The translations under genes and the position numbers were made by a program. Shown piece after piece: positions 7,133 through 16,262 of a stretch of DNA of 29,969 nt (position 1 is the stretch's first letter; each line of letters begins with the position of its first letter). The notes below the pieces were generated by a model. It had not been told where the DNA came from and ran no database searches. It saw only the letters and a list, made by a program, of their open reading frames with translations. Source of the DNA: a virus (taxonomy: Duplodnaviria > Caudoviricetes); the IMG/VR virus record IMGVR_UViG_3300020352_000024, positions 1 to 29,969 of that record; one strand, given 5' to 3'.

Positions 7133-9226
7133 ATGAGCAAATACGACGACGAATCTGTTACAGCCAGTGTCCAATGGGACCGTTATATACGGGCTAGGGA
7201 CAACGGTCATCTTGAGTACGTCGAGATGGCTAAGAAATGTGACTCCTACTACAGAGGCGAGCAGTGGGATGAGGCTGATCTAGCAGCTTTGGAGGCGGAA
7301 GGTCGTCCAGCATTGACCATCAACACTATCCTACCCACGGTAAACACTGTGTTAGGTGAGCAGTCTACTCGACGAGCAGACATTCAATTCAAACCAAGAC
7401 GAGGAGGTGATACGGAAGTCGCGCATACGCTGAATAAGTTGTACATGCAGATTGCCGACAACAACAAACTTGATTGGGTCGAGCAGCAGGTATTTGCAGA
7501 TGGTCTCATCATGGATGGCCGTGGTTACTTCGATGTGCGGATGGATTTCTCTGATCATGTCGAAGGTGAAATCCGAATCACGGCAAAAGATCCTCTCGAT
7601 ATCCTGCCCGACCCCGATGCAAAAGATGCAGATCCTAAGAATTGGAATGAAGTTTTCGAAACGAAGTGGATGACGCTTGATGAAATCGAAGAGCTTTACG
7701 GAAAAAAGAAATCAGACAAGCTCCAATTTATTGCAGAAAATGGAAGCTCATTTGGCCGAGACAGTATCGAATATGAAGAAACTCGTTTTGGTGATGTTGA
7801 TTCTACAGATGATTATCTTGGCGCAGGTATACAGGGAGATGACGAGTACAGAAACGTCAAAGCACTGCGAGTCATCGAACGGCAACACAAAAGAATAACT
7901 CGCGTAGACTGTTTTGTTGACCCTAATACTGGAGATCAGCGAGAAGTACCTGAAGCGTGGAATGATCGCAAAGCTAAGAAGTTCGCAAAAGAGTACGGCC
8001 TTAGCATCATTACCAAGACCAAGCGGAAAGTCCGGTGGACCGTGACCTGTGACAAGGTAGTGCTGTTCGATGACTGGTCGCCCTACAACGACTTCACAGT
8101 TGTACCGTTCTTTGCGTACTTTCGACGAGGCCGACCCTTCGGTATGGTACGCAACCTGCTGTCCCCACAGGAGCAGCTGAATAAGATTGCTAGCCAAGAG
8201 TTGCATATCGTTAACACCACCGCTAACAGCGGCTGGATGGTAGAAAGCGGCTCCCTAGTCGGGATGACCGTAGACGATCTGGAAGAGCACGGTGCAGAAA
8301 CAGGGTTGGTCGTAGAGTATGCGCGTGGCACTAACCCGCCTTTAAAAATCCAGCCTAACCAGATCCCCAGTGGGCTTGATCGCATTGGTCAGAAGGCGCA
8401 AGCGAATATCCAAAGCATCTCTGGTATTAACGACAGCATGTTAGGTACGGATAAGTCCGAAGTATCTGGCATCGCTATCCAAGCCAAACAGAATCGTGGC
8501 GCGATCATGATTCAGGTGCCCCTAGACAATTTGCGGAAGACCCGCCAGTACCTAGCCGAAAAGATCCTGAACCTGTTGCAAACCTTCTACACCGAGCAGC
8601 GGATCATTCAGGTGACTAATGAATCCGATCCCCTGAAGCCTAGAGAAGAAATGGTTATCAATGAGATGACCCCGGAAGGGCAGATCGTTAATGACCTTAC
8701 GCTGGGTGAATACGATGTGGTTGTGGCTACTGCACCTGCGAGAGACAGCTTCGACGAGGTTCAGTTCGCAGAGGCGCTCAACTTGCGTCAGGTAGGCGTT
8801 GCCATACCGGATGACGCGATCATCGAGTACAGCCACTTAGCCCGTAAGGGCGAGCTAGCGAAGCGTATCCGCATGATGACGGGCATAGAGCAGAGTCCAG
8901 AGCAACAGCAGGTAGCAGCAATGCAGCAGCAGATGGCGATGCAGCAGTTGCAGCTTGAGATCGCCAAGCTCGAAGCAGAAGTTAAGAAGATCCAGTCTGA
9001 AGCAGCAGTCAACATCGCTAAGGTTCAAGACGTAGCGGATGTAGCACCAGAGATGAGGATGCAGGAACTGCAGGCCAAGTTGCAGATGAAGACGCAAGAA
9101 CTCGACCTACGCCGTGAATTGTCCTCGATGACAAATCAGGTGAGGACGGATCAGCAGCAAACCCAAGCTGCGGCACGAATTGCGACTACCGCAATGCAAA
9201 CCGCGCAAACACCCCAACCCCAATAG
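7133..9226 (+). CDS. Portal protein (P22-like, with a C-terminal coiled-coil barrel)
   Basis: Follows TerL; YYRGEQW, GRPALTINTI, GMVRNLLSPQEQLNK and SGIAIQAKQ motifs; Q-rich coiled-coil C-terminus. Confidence 0.93.
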   Translation: MSKYDDESVTASVQWDRYIRARDNGHLEYVEMAKKCDSYYRGEQWDEADLAALEAEGRPALTINTILPTVNTVLGEQSTRRADIQFKPRRGGDTEVAHTLNKLYMQIADNNKLDWVEQQVFADGLIMDGRGYFDVRMDFSDHVEGEIRITAKDPLDILPDPDAKDADPKNWNEVFETKWMTLDEIEELYGKKKSDKLQFIAENGSSFGRDSIEYEETRFGDVDSTDDYLGAGIQGDDEYRNVKALRVIERQHKRITRVDCFVDPNTGDQREVPEAWNDRKAKKFAKEYGLSIITKTKRKVRWTVTCDKVVLFDDWSPYNDFTVVPFFAYFRRGRPFGMVRNLLSPQEQLNKIASQELHIVNTTANSGWMVESGSLVGMTVDDLEEHGAETGLVVEYARGTNPPLKIQPNQIPSGLDRIGQKAQANIQSISGINDSMLGTDKSEVSGIAIQAKQNRGAIMIQVPLDNLRKTRQYLAEKILNLLQTFYTEQRIIQVTNESDPLKPREEMVINEMTPEGQIVNDLTLGEYDVVVATAPARDSFDEVQFAEALNLRQVGVAIPDDAIIEYSHLARKGELAKRIRMMTGIEQSPEQQQVAAMQQQMAMQQLQLEIAKLEAEVKKIQSEAAVNIAKVQDVADVAPEMRMQELQAKLQMKTQELDLRRELSSMTNQVRTDQQQTQAAARIATTAMQTAQTPQPQ

Positions 9227-9236
9227 GAGGCCACAG

Positions 9237-10250
9237 ATGGCTGAAGAGCAAGAAAGCACAAAGATTATGTACGACACGATGCCCGGAGCGGAGCCTTTAG
9301 AGCAGGGGGAAACTCTTGATCTGAATTTTGGGTTGGACGTTGACGGAAACCTGACTGAAGAAGACGAGGTGGAAGAAGATGTGGCCGAAGAAACCGAAAA
9401 CGCCACCGTGGAAGAAGACCCCGAACCCGAACCCGAACGAGCAAGCGAGGAGGACGGAACTGAGATCGAGGATCAAGCACAGGTTGAAGTCGCAGAAGAC
9501 CCCGAACCCTTAGAAGAAGCGGTAGCAGAGGCTCCCAAAAAGCCTATGGTGCCAAAGTCTCGGCTTGATGAAGTGTTGGCAAAGCAAAAAGCGTTGCAAA
9601 AGCAACTCGATGACATAAAAGCGCAGCAGACTCCACCGGAAGATGCTCCTGAAGCCTTCGATTACGAGGCAAAAGAGCTTGAATACCAGAACTTTCTGTT
9701 AGACGGCGAGTCGGCAAAGGCTACACAGGTCCGCAAAGAGATGAGGCAGGCCGAGCGCGAGCAGATTGCATTCGAAATGCGGCAGGAGATGACCCAAAAG
9801 GTCTCACAAAACGCTCAAGCTAACGCGTTACAGCAAGCAGCTAATGACTTAGAGGCGAATTTCCCTGTATTTGACCAGAACTCAGCTGACTACAACGCAG
9901 AAATGACTCAGGAAGTAATTGAGCTGCGTGATGCCTTCATGGTTCAGGGGTTCGAGGCCGTAGACGCTCTGTCAAAAGCCGCAAACTTTGCCATCAAGTC
10001 ACACAACTTAGAATCGCCTTCGACTTTAGAAGCACCAAGTGCCCTTACAGCGAAGTCGGTTGATGAAGTTGCCAAGAAGCGAGCAGAAGTAAGTAAGAAG
10101 TTAAAAGCCGCAGAGTCTCAACCTCCTGAGCTACCCGGTGAAAGTTCTGCTAACCGAGGAGAAAAACCCTTAGACCTTTCTACTATGACAGAGGAAGAAT
10201 TTAACGCGCTACCAGAAGCCACACTGAGGCGGCTACGGGGCGATATCTAA
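9237..10250 (+). CDS. Head scaffolding protein
   Basis: Start at the ATG at 9237 with AGGAGG; very acidic N-terminus, VPKSRLDEV coiled coil, C-terminal MTEEEFNALPEATLRRLRGD; lies between portal and capsid. Confidence 0.82.
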   Translation: MAEEQESTKIMYDTMPGAEPLEQGETLDLNFGLDVDGNLTEEDEVEEDVAEETENATVEEDPEPEPERASEEDGTEIEDQAQVEVAEDPEPLEEAVAEAPKKPMVPKSRLDEVLAKQKALQKQLDDIKAQQTPPEDAPEAFDYEAKELEYQNFLLDGESAKATQVRKEMRQAEREQIAFEMRQEMTQKVSQNAQANALQQAANDLEANFPVFDQNSADYNAEMTQEVIELRDAFMVQGFEAVDALSKAANFAIKSHNLESPSTLEAPSALTAKSVDEVAKKRAEVSKKLKAAESQPPELPGESSANRGEKPLDLSTMTEEEFNALPEATLRRLRGDI

Positions 10251-10261
10251 CAGGTAGACCT

Positions 10262-10573
10262 ATGACTAGGGAAAGAGATCCACGTCTAGCACGGGCGGGG
10301 GTGAGCGGGTTTAACAAGCCAAAGCGCACCCCCTCTCACCCGAAGAAGTCACACATCGTTGTGGCCAAAGAAGGTGACAAGGTAAAGACGATCCGTTTTG
10401 GGCAGCAAGGCGTGAAGACTAATCAAACGGTTGGTCAGCGCAAGGCTTTCAAATCTCGTCATGCCAAGAATATAAGCAAAGGCAAAATGAGTGCAGCTTA
10501 TTGGGCTGACAAAACTAAATGGAGTCCTTCCAAAACGAAGTCTCCCTCAACTAAATGGAAAAAAGGATCATAA
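10262..10573 (+). CDS. Small highly basic protein (RFGQQG-type, common in marine phages)
   Basis: K/R-rich; KTIRFGQQG..RKAFKSRH..SAAYWADKTKW. Confidence 0.8.
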   Translation: MTRERDPRLARAGVSGFNKPKRTPSHPKKSHIVVAKEGDKVKTIRFGQQGVKTNQTVGQRKAFKSRHAKNISKGKMSAAYWADKTKWSPSKTKSPSTKWKKGS

Positions 10574-10575
10574 CT

Positions 10576-10788
10576 ATGCCGATGATAAACCCCAAAACTG
10601 GTAAGCCCTACCCCAATACACCCGCCGGTAAAGCCGCTAGTAAAGCTGAGTACGAGCGTCGAGCAAAAGCTGCAAAGTTTGACAAGAAAGGGGGGTTCAA
10701 AAGCGGCAAACTAAAGAGAAAAATGCCCACCACCAAAAACCCCCCAAAACGGCCAGTAAGAAATAAGCCTAAATCTCGGGGTTATTAA
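10576..10788 (+). CDS. Small highly basic protein
   Basis: ORF track 10555..10788; likely start MPMINPKTGKPYPNTPAGKAA; K-rich; TAATG coupling to the next gene. Confidence 0.65.
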   Translation: MPMINPKTGKPYPNTPAGKAASKAEYERRAKAAKFDKKGGFKSGKLKRKMPTTKNPPKRPVRNKPKSRGY

Positions 10789-11186
10789 TGGCGCGTACTA
10801 ACGAAGCAAAATGGAAGCGCATTGTTTCTAGCGTAAAGGCTGGGACAAGTGGCGGCAAAGCTGGGCAATGGTCTGCGCGAAAAGCGCAGCTTGCAACTAA
10901 GCGCTATAAAGCGTCGGGCGGTGGATACAGCGGCGCTAAGACTGAAGAGCAGAAGTCGCTTACGAAATGGACCAAAGAGAAGTGGGGTACTAAGAGCGGA
11001 AAAAATAGCACTCAAGGCTCTGGGGCTACAGGCGAGCGGTACTTGCCAAAGAAGGCTCGGGAATCCCTAAGTAAAAAAGAGTATGCCGCGACGACCGCAA
11101 AAAAACGCAAAGACACCAAAGCAGGAAAGCAAGTATCAAAGCAGCCTAAGAAGATCGCTAAGAAAACCGCTCGTCATAGAGCCTAA
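10788..11186 (+). CDS. Highly basic DUF5872-like protein
   Basis: GGKAGQWSARKAQLA..YKASGGGY..QKSLTKWTKEKWGTKSG..GERYLPKKA signature. Confidence 0.8.
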   Translation: MARTNEAKWKRIVSSVKAGTSGGKAGQWSARKAQLATKRYKASGGGYSGAKTEEQKSLTKWTKEKWGTKSGKNSTQGSGATGERYLPKKARESLSKKEYAATTAKKRKDTKAGKQVSKQPKKIAKKTARHRA

Positions 11187-11209
11187 GATCATAAAAGGTA
11201 ATTAATGTT

Positions 11210-11362
11210 ATGGACGTACTTGACGCCGTTGGAGCCATTTGGCCTCTCGCATTAGGGTTCGTAACCTTGGTTATTGTTTTAGCAAAAATGCACGCCGATA
11301 TTGAACAGATGAAGGAGAAGATCCGAACCCTGTTTGATTTATGGAACAAAAGGGATAAGTAG
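11210..11362 (+). CDS. Small membrane protein (50 aa; TM segment plus coiled coil)
   Basis: Not in the ORF track. MDVLDAVGAIWPLALGFVTLVIVLAKMHADIEQMKEKIRTLFDLWNKRDK. Confidence 0.7.
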   Translation: MDVLDAVGAIWPLALGFVTLVIVLAKMHADIEQMKEKIRTLFDLWNKRDK

Positions 11363-11377
11363 TTGCGGATATAACTG

Positions 11378-11406
11378 TTGCTTTTATGTATTAGCGATAC
11401 TAATAT
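11378..11406 (+). promoter_or_regulatory. Sigma70-like promoter overlapped by a perfect TATTAG-N5-CTAATA palindrome
   Basis: TTGCTT-17 bp-TAATAT; palindrome at 11389-11405. Confidence 0.6.
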
Positions 11407-11411
11407 AAAGA

Positions 11412-11595
11412 TTACGTCTATCAGAACGATATCTGATCGGCCCGTAGCCGCTAAAAACGCACCTCGCCTGTAAAGGCGTAAAACCTGCCGGGGTCGTCCC
11501 TCGTTATAAAAACGCTAATACGTTGCTTCACGATACGAAGCACGGATTAGCCGCTCCAAAAGTCGGCTGAGAGCATTAGCAAAAGCTAATGTAAA
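11412..11595 (+). ncRNA. Candidate structured RNA leader of the major capsid gene
   Basis: Non-coding stretch with 5-6 stem-loops, two ACGAUA loops, a GUAA tetraloop and repeated UAAAAAC linkers. Confidence 0.45.
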
Positions 11596-11625
11596 TGAAA
11601 ATTGTACGCATTAAGGAGGCCACAA

Positions 11626-12780
11626 ATGGCTCTTACTAACTTTGCGTCCTTGACTTCCAATCAGCTTACTGCATGGAGCAGGGACTTCTGGCGTGTTGCA
11701 CGTAACATGTCATTCGTAAATCAGTTCGCAGGAACTGGACAAAACGCTATGGTTCAGCGCGTTACTGAACTTACTAAATCCGACAAAGGCACCAAGGCGG
11801 TAATCACGCTTCTGGCTGATATGACCGGAGATGGTATTACTGGTGATTTCACCTTGGAAGGTAATGAAGAAGCGTTACGCGCTTATGACATTACGATTGA
11901 GTTAGACCAGCTGCGATTCGCAAACCGAGTTGCTGGCCGGTTGGCTGACCAAAAGTCAGTTGTTAACTTCCGAGAGCAATCACGAGATGCACTTGCTTAT
12001 GCAATGGCTGACCGTATGGACCAGCTCGCGTTTTTGACGCTTGCAGGCGTTGCTTACACTCACAAGAACAACGGCGGTTTGCGAACCGTAGTTGGCGGCG
12101 CTGTAAACGGCCAAGAACTCGTTGACTTAGAGTATGCGTCAGATGTATCTGCGCCTACGAGTGATCGGCATCGTCGTTGGGACGCTACTAGCGGTTTGGT
12201 TGCTGGCGACACTACTGCGGTAGCTGCTGCTGACAAGATGAGCTACGAGTGTATCGTTGAACTCAAAGCCTTCGCCAAGGACAACTACTTACGTGGTATC
12301 CGTGGTTCAGGTGGCGATGAGGTCTTCCACTTGTTTGTAACTCCACAGCAGATGAAAGCATTGAAACTCGATACCGATTTCATTACTAACGTCCGTAATG
12401 CTGGGGTTCGTGGGCCAAGCAACTCTTTGTTTGCGGGTTCATCTAGCTTGATGGTTGACGGGATCATGGTTCATGAGTTCCGACATGTGTTTAACACTTC
12501 TGGCGCTACTACTGGTACTTCAAGCAACGCTGGCGCTGCTGGGTATAAGTGGGGTGCTGACGCTGACATCGTAGGCGGACGCGCTCTGTTCTGTGGTGCT
12601 CAGTCACTTGCTATGGCAGATATCGGGCTACCCGAAGTTGTCGAAGATACTTTCGACTACGGGAACCAGCAAGGTATCTCAATTGGCAAGATCTTCGGTA
12701 TGCGGAAGCCAAAGTACAACTCTGACATTTCAGGGTCTGTACAGGACTTCGGTGTAGTTGCCTTAGACACTGCACAGTAA
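11626..12780 (+). CDS. Major capsid protein (N4-gp56/DUF4043-like, HK97 fold)
   Basis: Start at the ATG at 11626 with AAGGAGG; GDFTLEGNEEAL, DQLRFA, ALFCGAQSLA, EDTFDYGNQ and QDFGV motifs; followed by a terminator. Confidence 0.92.
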   Translation: MALTNFASLTSNQLTAWSRDFWRVARNMSFVNQFAGTGQNAMVQRVTELTKSDKGTKAVITLLADMTGDGITGDFTLEGNEEALRAYDITIELDQLRFANRVAGRLADQKSVVNFREQSRDALAYAMADRMDQLAFLTLAGVAYTHKNNGGLRTVVGGAVNGQELVDLEYASDVSAPTSDRHRRWDATSGLVAGDTTAVAAADKMSYECIVELKAFAKDNYLRGIRGSGGDEVFHLFVTPQQMKALKLDTDFITNVRNAGVRGPSNSLFAGSSSLMVDGIMVHEFRHVFNTSGATTGTSSNAGAAGYKWGADADIVGGRALFCGAQSLAMADIGLPEVVEDTFDYGNQQGISIGKIFGMRKPKYNSDISGSVQDFGVVALDTAQ

Positions 12781-12788
12781 GAAATACG

Positions 12789-12817
12789 GCTCCTCCTTCG
12801 GGGGGAGCTTTTCTTTT
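12789..12817 (+). terminator. Rho-independent terminator
   Basis: GCTCCTCC-TTCG-GGGGGAGC-TTTTCTTTT after the capsid stop. Confidence 0.88.
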
Positions 12818-12832
12818 CCTAGCGAGAATTCA

Positions 12833-13219
12833 ATGAAGATAATTTCAGACAAAGAAGTCAGGGTAACTACTACAGGCGGGACAGCCGTTATTTTTTATCC
12901 CGGTGTGGAAAAAACCGTAGCCGATGAGATAGGGCTGTTAGCTCTGCAAATGGGCGCGAAAGAAGTAAAAGAATCGAAGGCAAAAAAAGAGCCTGTAGCA
13001 ATTGAAATAGCTGATGAGGTCACTCCGGTTGAGGAGATCGAACAAGCTGGACCAGATGCAAAGCTACTCGAATGCCTCGAAACATTAATTGAAGAGGGGC
13101 ACCCGGACAATTTCAAAGCCGACGGAGCACCTAAGTCACAAGTTGTAAACAAACTAATGGGGCGAAGTATTCCAAGTGAAGAGCGAGATGCTGCTTGGGA
13201 AATAGTCCTTAATTCCTAG
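12833..13219 (+). CDS. Hypothetical virion-associated protein
   Basis: Between capsid and adaptors; C-terminal F..DGAPK..VNKLMG..I..EERDAAW small helical domain. Confidence 0.75.
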   Translation: MKIISDKEVRVTTTGGTAVIFYPGVEKTVADEIGLLALQMGAKEVKESKAKKEPVAIEIADEVTPVEEIEQAGPDAKLLECLETLIEEGHPDNFKADGAPKSQVVNKLMGRSIPSEERDAAWEIVLNS

Positions 13220-13230
13220 AGGATAGATAA

Positions 13231-13959
13231 ATGGCAGTAACAGTCCAAAGCGTTGTCGATAGAATCCAAACCACTTTGCAGGATACTACTGGTATCCGAT
13301 GGCCCGTTACTGGCGAGTTAGTCCTGTGGGTTAATGATGCTCAACGTGAAATCGCATTATTGAAACCCGACGCATCAGCGGCTAATGAGACAGTTGCGCT
13401 TGTTGCTGGCACAAAGCAATCAATCCCAACCGCTGGAAATCGATTGCTCAGAGTTGTAAGAAACATGTCTAGTGCCGATGCTTCAGCTACTGGTGGACGC
13501 TCGGTAAGATTAGTAAGTCGAGAGGTTCTCGACGCGCAAACACCTCTTTGGCACGACCCAACCGTTACTGGAGATGCTGCTCACGCAGCAGTAGTCAAAC
13601 ATTACGTTTATGACGAGTCTAATCCTAGAAACTTTTATGTGTATCCGGGCGTAACCTCGGGTGCCTTTTTAGAAATCATCTACAGCAGCAACCCGCTTTC
13701 TGTTGGCCTAACAGGTGCTCGAACTGATCTTGAAGTACCTGATATCTACGGCAACGCCGTAGTTGATTACGCCCTGTTCCGAGCCTACACGAAAGATGCT
13801 GAGTACGCTGGCAATGCCCAAAGAGCCAGCACCCATTACAACCTGTTTATTAACAGTGTTACTGGTAAAGGGCAGATCGATATCATCACCAGCCCAAATT
13901 CAGATATGGGGCCACAGGGGATTACAACCGGCGCTCAAGTCGGTCAGCAGGTGGGGTAA
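13231..13959 (+). CDS. Head-tail adaptor (DUF6682-like)
   Basis: LQDTTGIRW..ELVLWVNDAQREIA, FYVYP and VDYALFRAYTKDAEYA motifs; position after the capsid. Confidence 0.75.
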   Translation: MAVTVQSVVDRIQTTLQDTTGIRWPVTGELVLWVNDAQREIALLKPDASAANETVALVAGTKQSIPTAGNRLLRVVRNMSSADASATGGRSVRLVSREVLDAQTPLWHDPTVTGDAAHAAVVKHYVYDESNPRNFYVYPGVTSGAFLEIIYSSNPLSVGLTGARTDLEVPDIYGNAVVDYALFRAYTKDAEYAGNAQRASTHYNLFINSVTGKGQIDIITSPNSDMGPQGITTGAQVGQQVG

Positions 13960-13963
13960 ATAG

Positions 13964-14647
13964 ATGGCGACATCTTACGAGTCACTTTTACCCGAAATCA
14001 TTCCGATGGTTCCGGGCTGTACGGACGGTCTGATAGAGAACAGTATTCGCTCTGCGGTAATTGAGTTTTGCGAAAAAACCGAGGTGTATCAGCAGGAATT
14101 AGACCCTGTTACCACGGTTAAAAACATCTATGAGTATGACCTGGAGCCTCCAGCCCAGACTTCTGTCTGCAAACTTGTGTGGGTCACGCATCTCGGTAAT
14201 GAGATCGAAGCCATCACCACAGCCTTGCTAGAGCAGCGAGAGCCAAAGTGGAGAGAGTCCAGTCACTTTGGCACCCCTAAGTATTTCGTGAAGCAATCGC
14301 AAAGCACCGTGTGGCTCGTACCTGTGCCAACTACAACAGAGGTCAGCGGAACAATTATACGTGCCGTTCTAAAGCCTACACCTTCGTCTACGGCCTGTGA
14401 TGACGGGGTAATGTCCGATTTCCGAGACACCATTGTTAATGGCGCGTTGTTTAGGTTGTTACGTTTGCCAAGCAAAGATTGGACTGATTACGCGGGGGCG
14501 CAGGTGTACGGCACCTTATTTAATGAGGGTCTTGCTTATGCGGAGCGCAAAGCAAGGCAAGGAGATGTACGGGTATCTAGGAAGGTTACTTATGGAGGAA
14601 TCAACAAGCCGTATCGATTTTCAAGAAACCGTTACTCAAGGGGGTGA
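13964..14647 (+). CDS. Second adaptor / tail tubular-like protein
   Basis: VPGC..IRSAVIEFCEKT, WLVPVP, LKPT and IVNGALFRL..P.KDW motifs; podoviral synteny. Confidence 0.7.
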   Translation: MATSYESLLPEIIPMVPGCTDGLIENSIRSAVIEFCEKTEVYQQELDPVTTVKNIYEYDLEPPAQTSVCKLVWVTHLGNEIEAITTALLEQREPKWRESSHFGTPKYFVKQSQSTVWLVPVPTTTEVSGTIIRAVLKPTPSSTACDDGVMSDFRDTIVNGALFRLLRLPSKDWTDYAGAQVYGTLFNEGLAYAERKARQGDVRVSRKVTYGGINKPYRFSRNRYSRG

Positions 14648-15044
14648 TCCATATCTTGCAGATATCCGCAAAGAGTGGGACTGGGTATCAAAGGGGGTAC
14701 GGGAGATCCTAGAGGGGACTCCCCAACTCACTTTCAGGCAAGAGGATGTATACGCGGCTTGCGTCAACGGACAAGCCATGTTGTGGATCACTACCGAAGG
14801 GTTTGTGGTTACAACGGTAGAGGTAGATCAGTTTACGGAAGACAGAACACTTTTGGTTTGGCTCGCTTGGGCAAGAGATCGAGGAGCAAAAAAAGCAGCG
14901 TACTACCTGCCATTTTTTGAAGAGCAAGCTAGACGGGCAGGGCTGCAGAAAATGGAAGTCAGATCAGCAGTGCGGCAGATGATCGACTATTTAGAAGGCG
15001 ACGGGTGGTTGTTGGACCACATTGTTTATACGAGGAATGTTTAA
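14592..15044 (+). CDS. GNAT-fold-like virion assembly protein (positional analogue of P22 gp14 / T7 gp13)
   Basis: ORF track 14433..15044, probable start at the ATG at 14592; LLVWLAWA..G...FEEQARRAGLQKMEVRS..GW pattern; precedes the ejection proteins. Confidence 0.6.
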   Translation: MEESTSRIDFQETVTQGGDPYLADIRKEWDWVSKGVREILEGTPQLTFRQEDVYAACVNGQAMLWITTEGFVVTTVEVDQFTEDRTLLVWLAWARDRGAKKAAYYLPFFEEQARRAGLQKMEVRSAVRQMIDYLEGDGWLLDHIVYTRNV

Positions 15045-15607
15045 TGGGAAGCAAGCCAAAACAGCAAGATTACCAAGCGTCCGATGCAGAAAAAGCGTCC
15101 GCTTCGGTTGCGATGGCAGAGTATAAATACTTCAAAGAGCGCTACGATCCGCTGCTTCAAGACATGCGTGATCAATCAATGCAGGAAGACCCTAGCCAAA
15201 CGCTCAGAGCCAGAGCTAATGCGGACACGATGCAAGCGCTAAGTGGCCCCAGTTACCAACAAACTCAGTCGGTAGGCGCTACTGGCGACATGTCCCAAGC
15301 GTTGAGTGGTCAACTCGGTATTGCCAATACAAGTGGTAAGAAAATTCAGAATCAAATGAGAACCAATGTATTGGGTACAGCGAGAGGACAAGCTGCTGAT
15401 GCTCAAAGTGGCATGGCGCAAGCAAGCAGACTAGCAACGTCAGACGCACTAAGCAGAGCGCAAGCTAATCAAACAGTTAGATCTGCGAGAACTGAAGCCC
15501 TAGGGCAGGTTGCAGGGACAGCCCTTTATAAATACGGAGAAAAGACAGGTAAAAAAGGCATCACAAATTTCTTTGACGCTCTACGCAACCAAGGAGGCTC
15601 TGTGTAA
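15044..15607 (+). CDS. Internal virion / ejection protein 1
   Basis: Start MGSKPKQQ at 15044 (TAATG coupling, GAGGA RBS); A/Q/S/G-rich and predicted helical. Confidence 0.7.
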   Translation: MGSKPKQQDYQASDAEKASASVAMAEYKYFKERYDPLLQDMRDQSMQEDPSQTLRARANADTMQALSGPSYQQTQSVGATGDMSQALSGQLGIANTSGKKIQNQMRTNVLGTARGQAADAQSGMAQASRLATSDALSRAQANQTVRSARTEALGQVAGTALYKYGEKTGKKGITNFFDALRNQGGSV

Positions 15608-16254
15608 TGACTGTTAAAACAGCTGACCGCAAACCTATTATGACGAATACAGCTGACAATATGTTTGGTTTGTCAGATGAGCAGATCAGGGAAGCCCAAC
15701 AAAATGCTATGAACTACAGCAATTCTGGGAACCTACAAAGCGTAGCTGACCCAGATGCTGCTTATGCTCAGATAACTCGTGCAGAGTACAACGACTATGT
15801 AACCAATTACCGTGGCTTCGAAGAAGACTTGATTGAGCAGTCCCAGAATGACACCAGCTTAATTGATGCCGCTCGCGAAGATTCTGTTTCTGCTGGTCAA
15901 ATCTCGCAAGGCGCGGCGCAGAGAAACTTGTCTCGTTATGGAGCTAACTTAACGCCTGCTCAACAGCAACAGATGCAGAGGACAAGCGGTTTAGCGAATA
16001 CGCTAGGCGGTATCCAAGCAGTAAACGATGCTCGAATAGCTCAGAAAGAGGCGAATACATCCCTGCTTTCTGACCTGATAAACATCGGTCAGGGAGTAAA
16101 TAGAGCATCGCAAAGCCAACTTGGTTCAGCTGCAGCAGATGCCAACAGTAGGCAGCAAGCGTTCAGAGCTGCTCAAGCGCAGTCACGAGCACAAACGTAT
16201 CAAACAGTTGGTGGTCTCGCCTCTGCCGCTATCATGGCCTCGATCTTTATATAG
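15607..16254 (+). CDS. Internal virion / ejection protein 2
   Basis: A/Q/N-rich; C-terminal hydrophobic helix VGGLASAAIMASIFI. Confidence 0.7.
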   Translation: MTVKTADRKPIMTNTADNMFGLSDEQIREAQQNAMNYSNSGNLQSVADPDAAYAQITRAEYNDYVTNYRGFEEDLIEQSQNDTSLIDAAREDSVSAGQISQGAAQRNLSRYGANLTPAQQQQMQRTSGLANTLGGIQAVNDARIAQKEANTSLLSDLINIGQGVNRASQSQLGSAAADANSRQQAFRAAQAQSRAQTYQTVGGLASAAIMASIFI

Positions 16255-16262
16255 GTAACAAT

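Noticed and set aside
11574-11591. Eighth copy of the TATTAG-N5-CTAATA palindrome
   Set aside because: The spacer is 6 bp, and the sequence is better explained as an RNA hairpin within the capsid leader.
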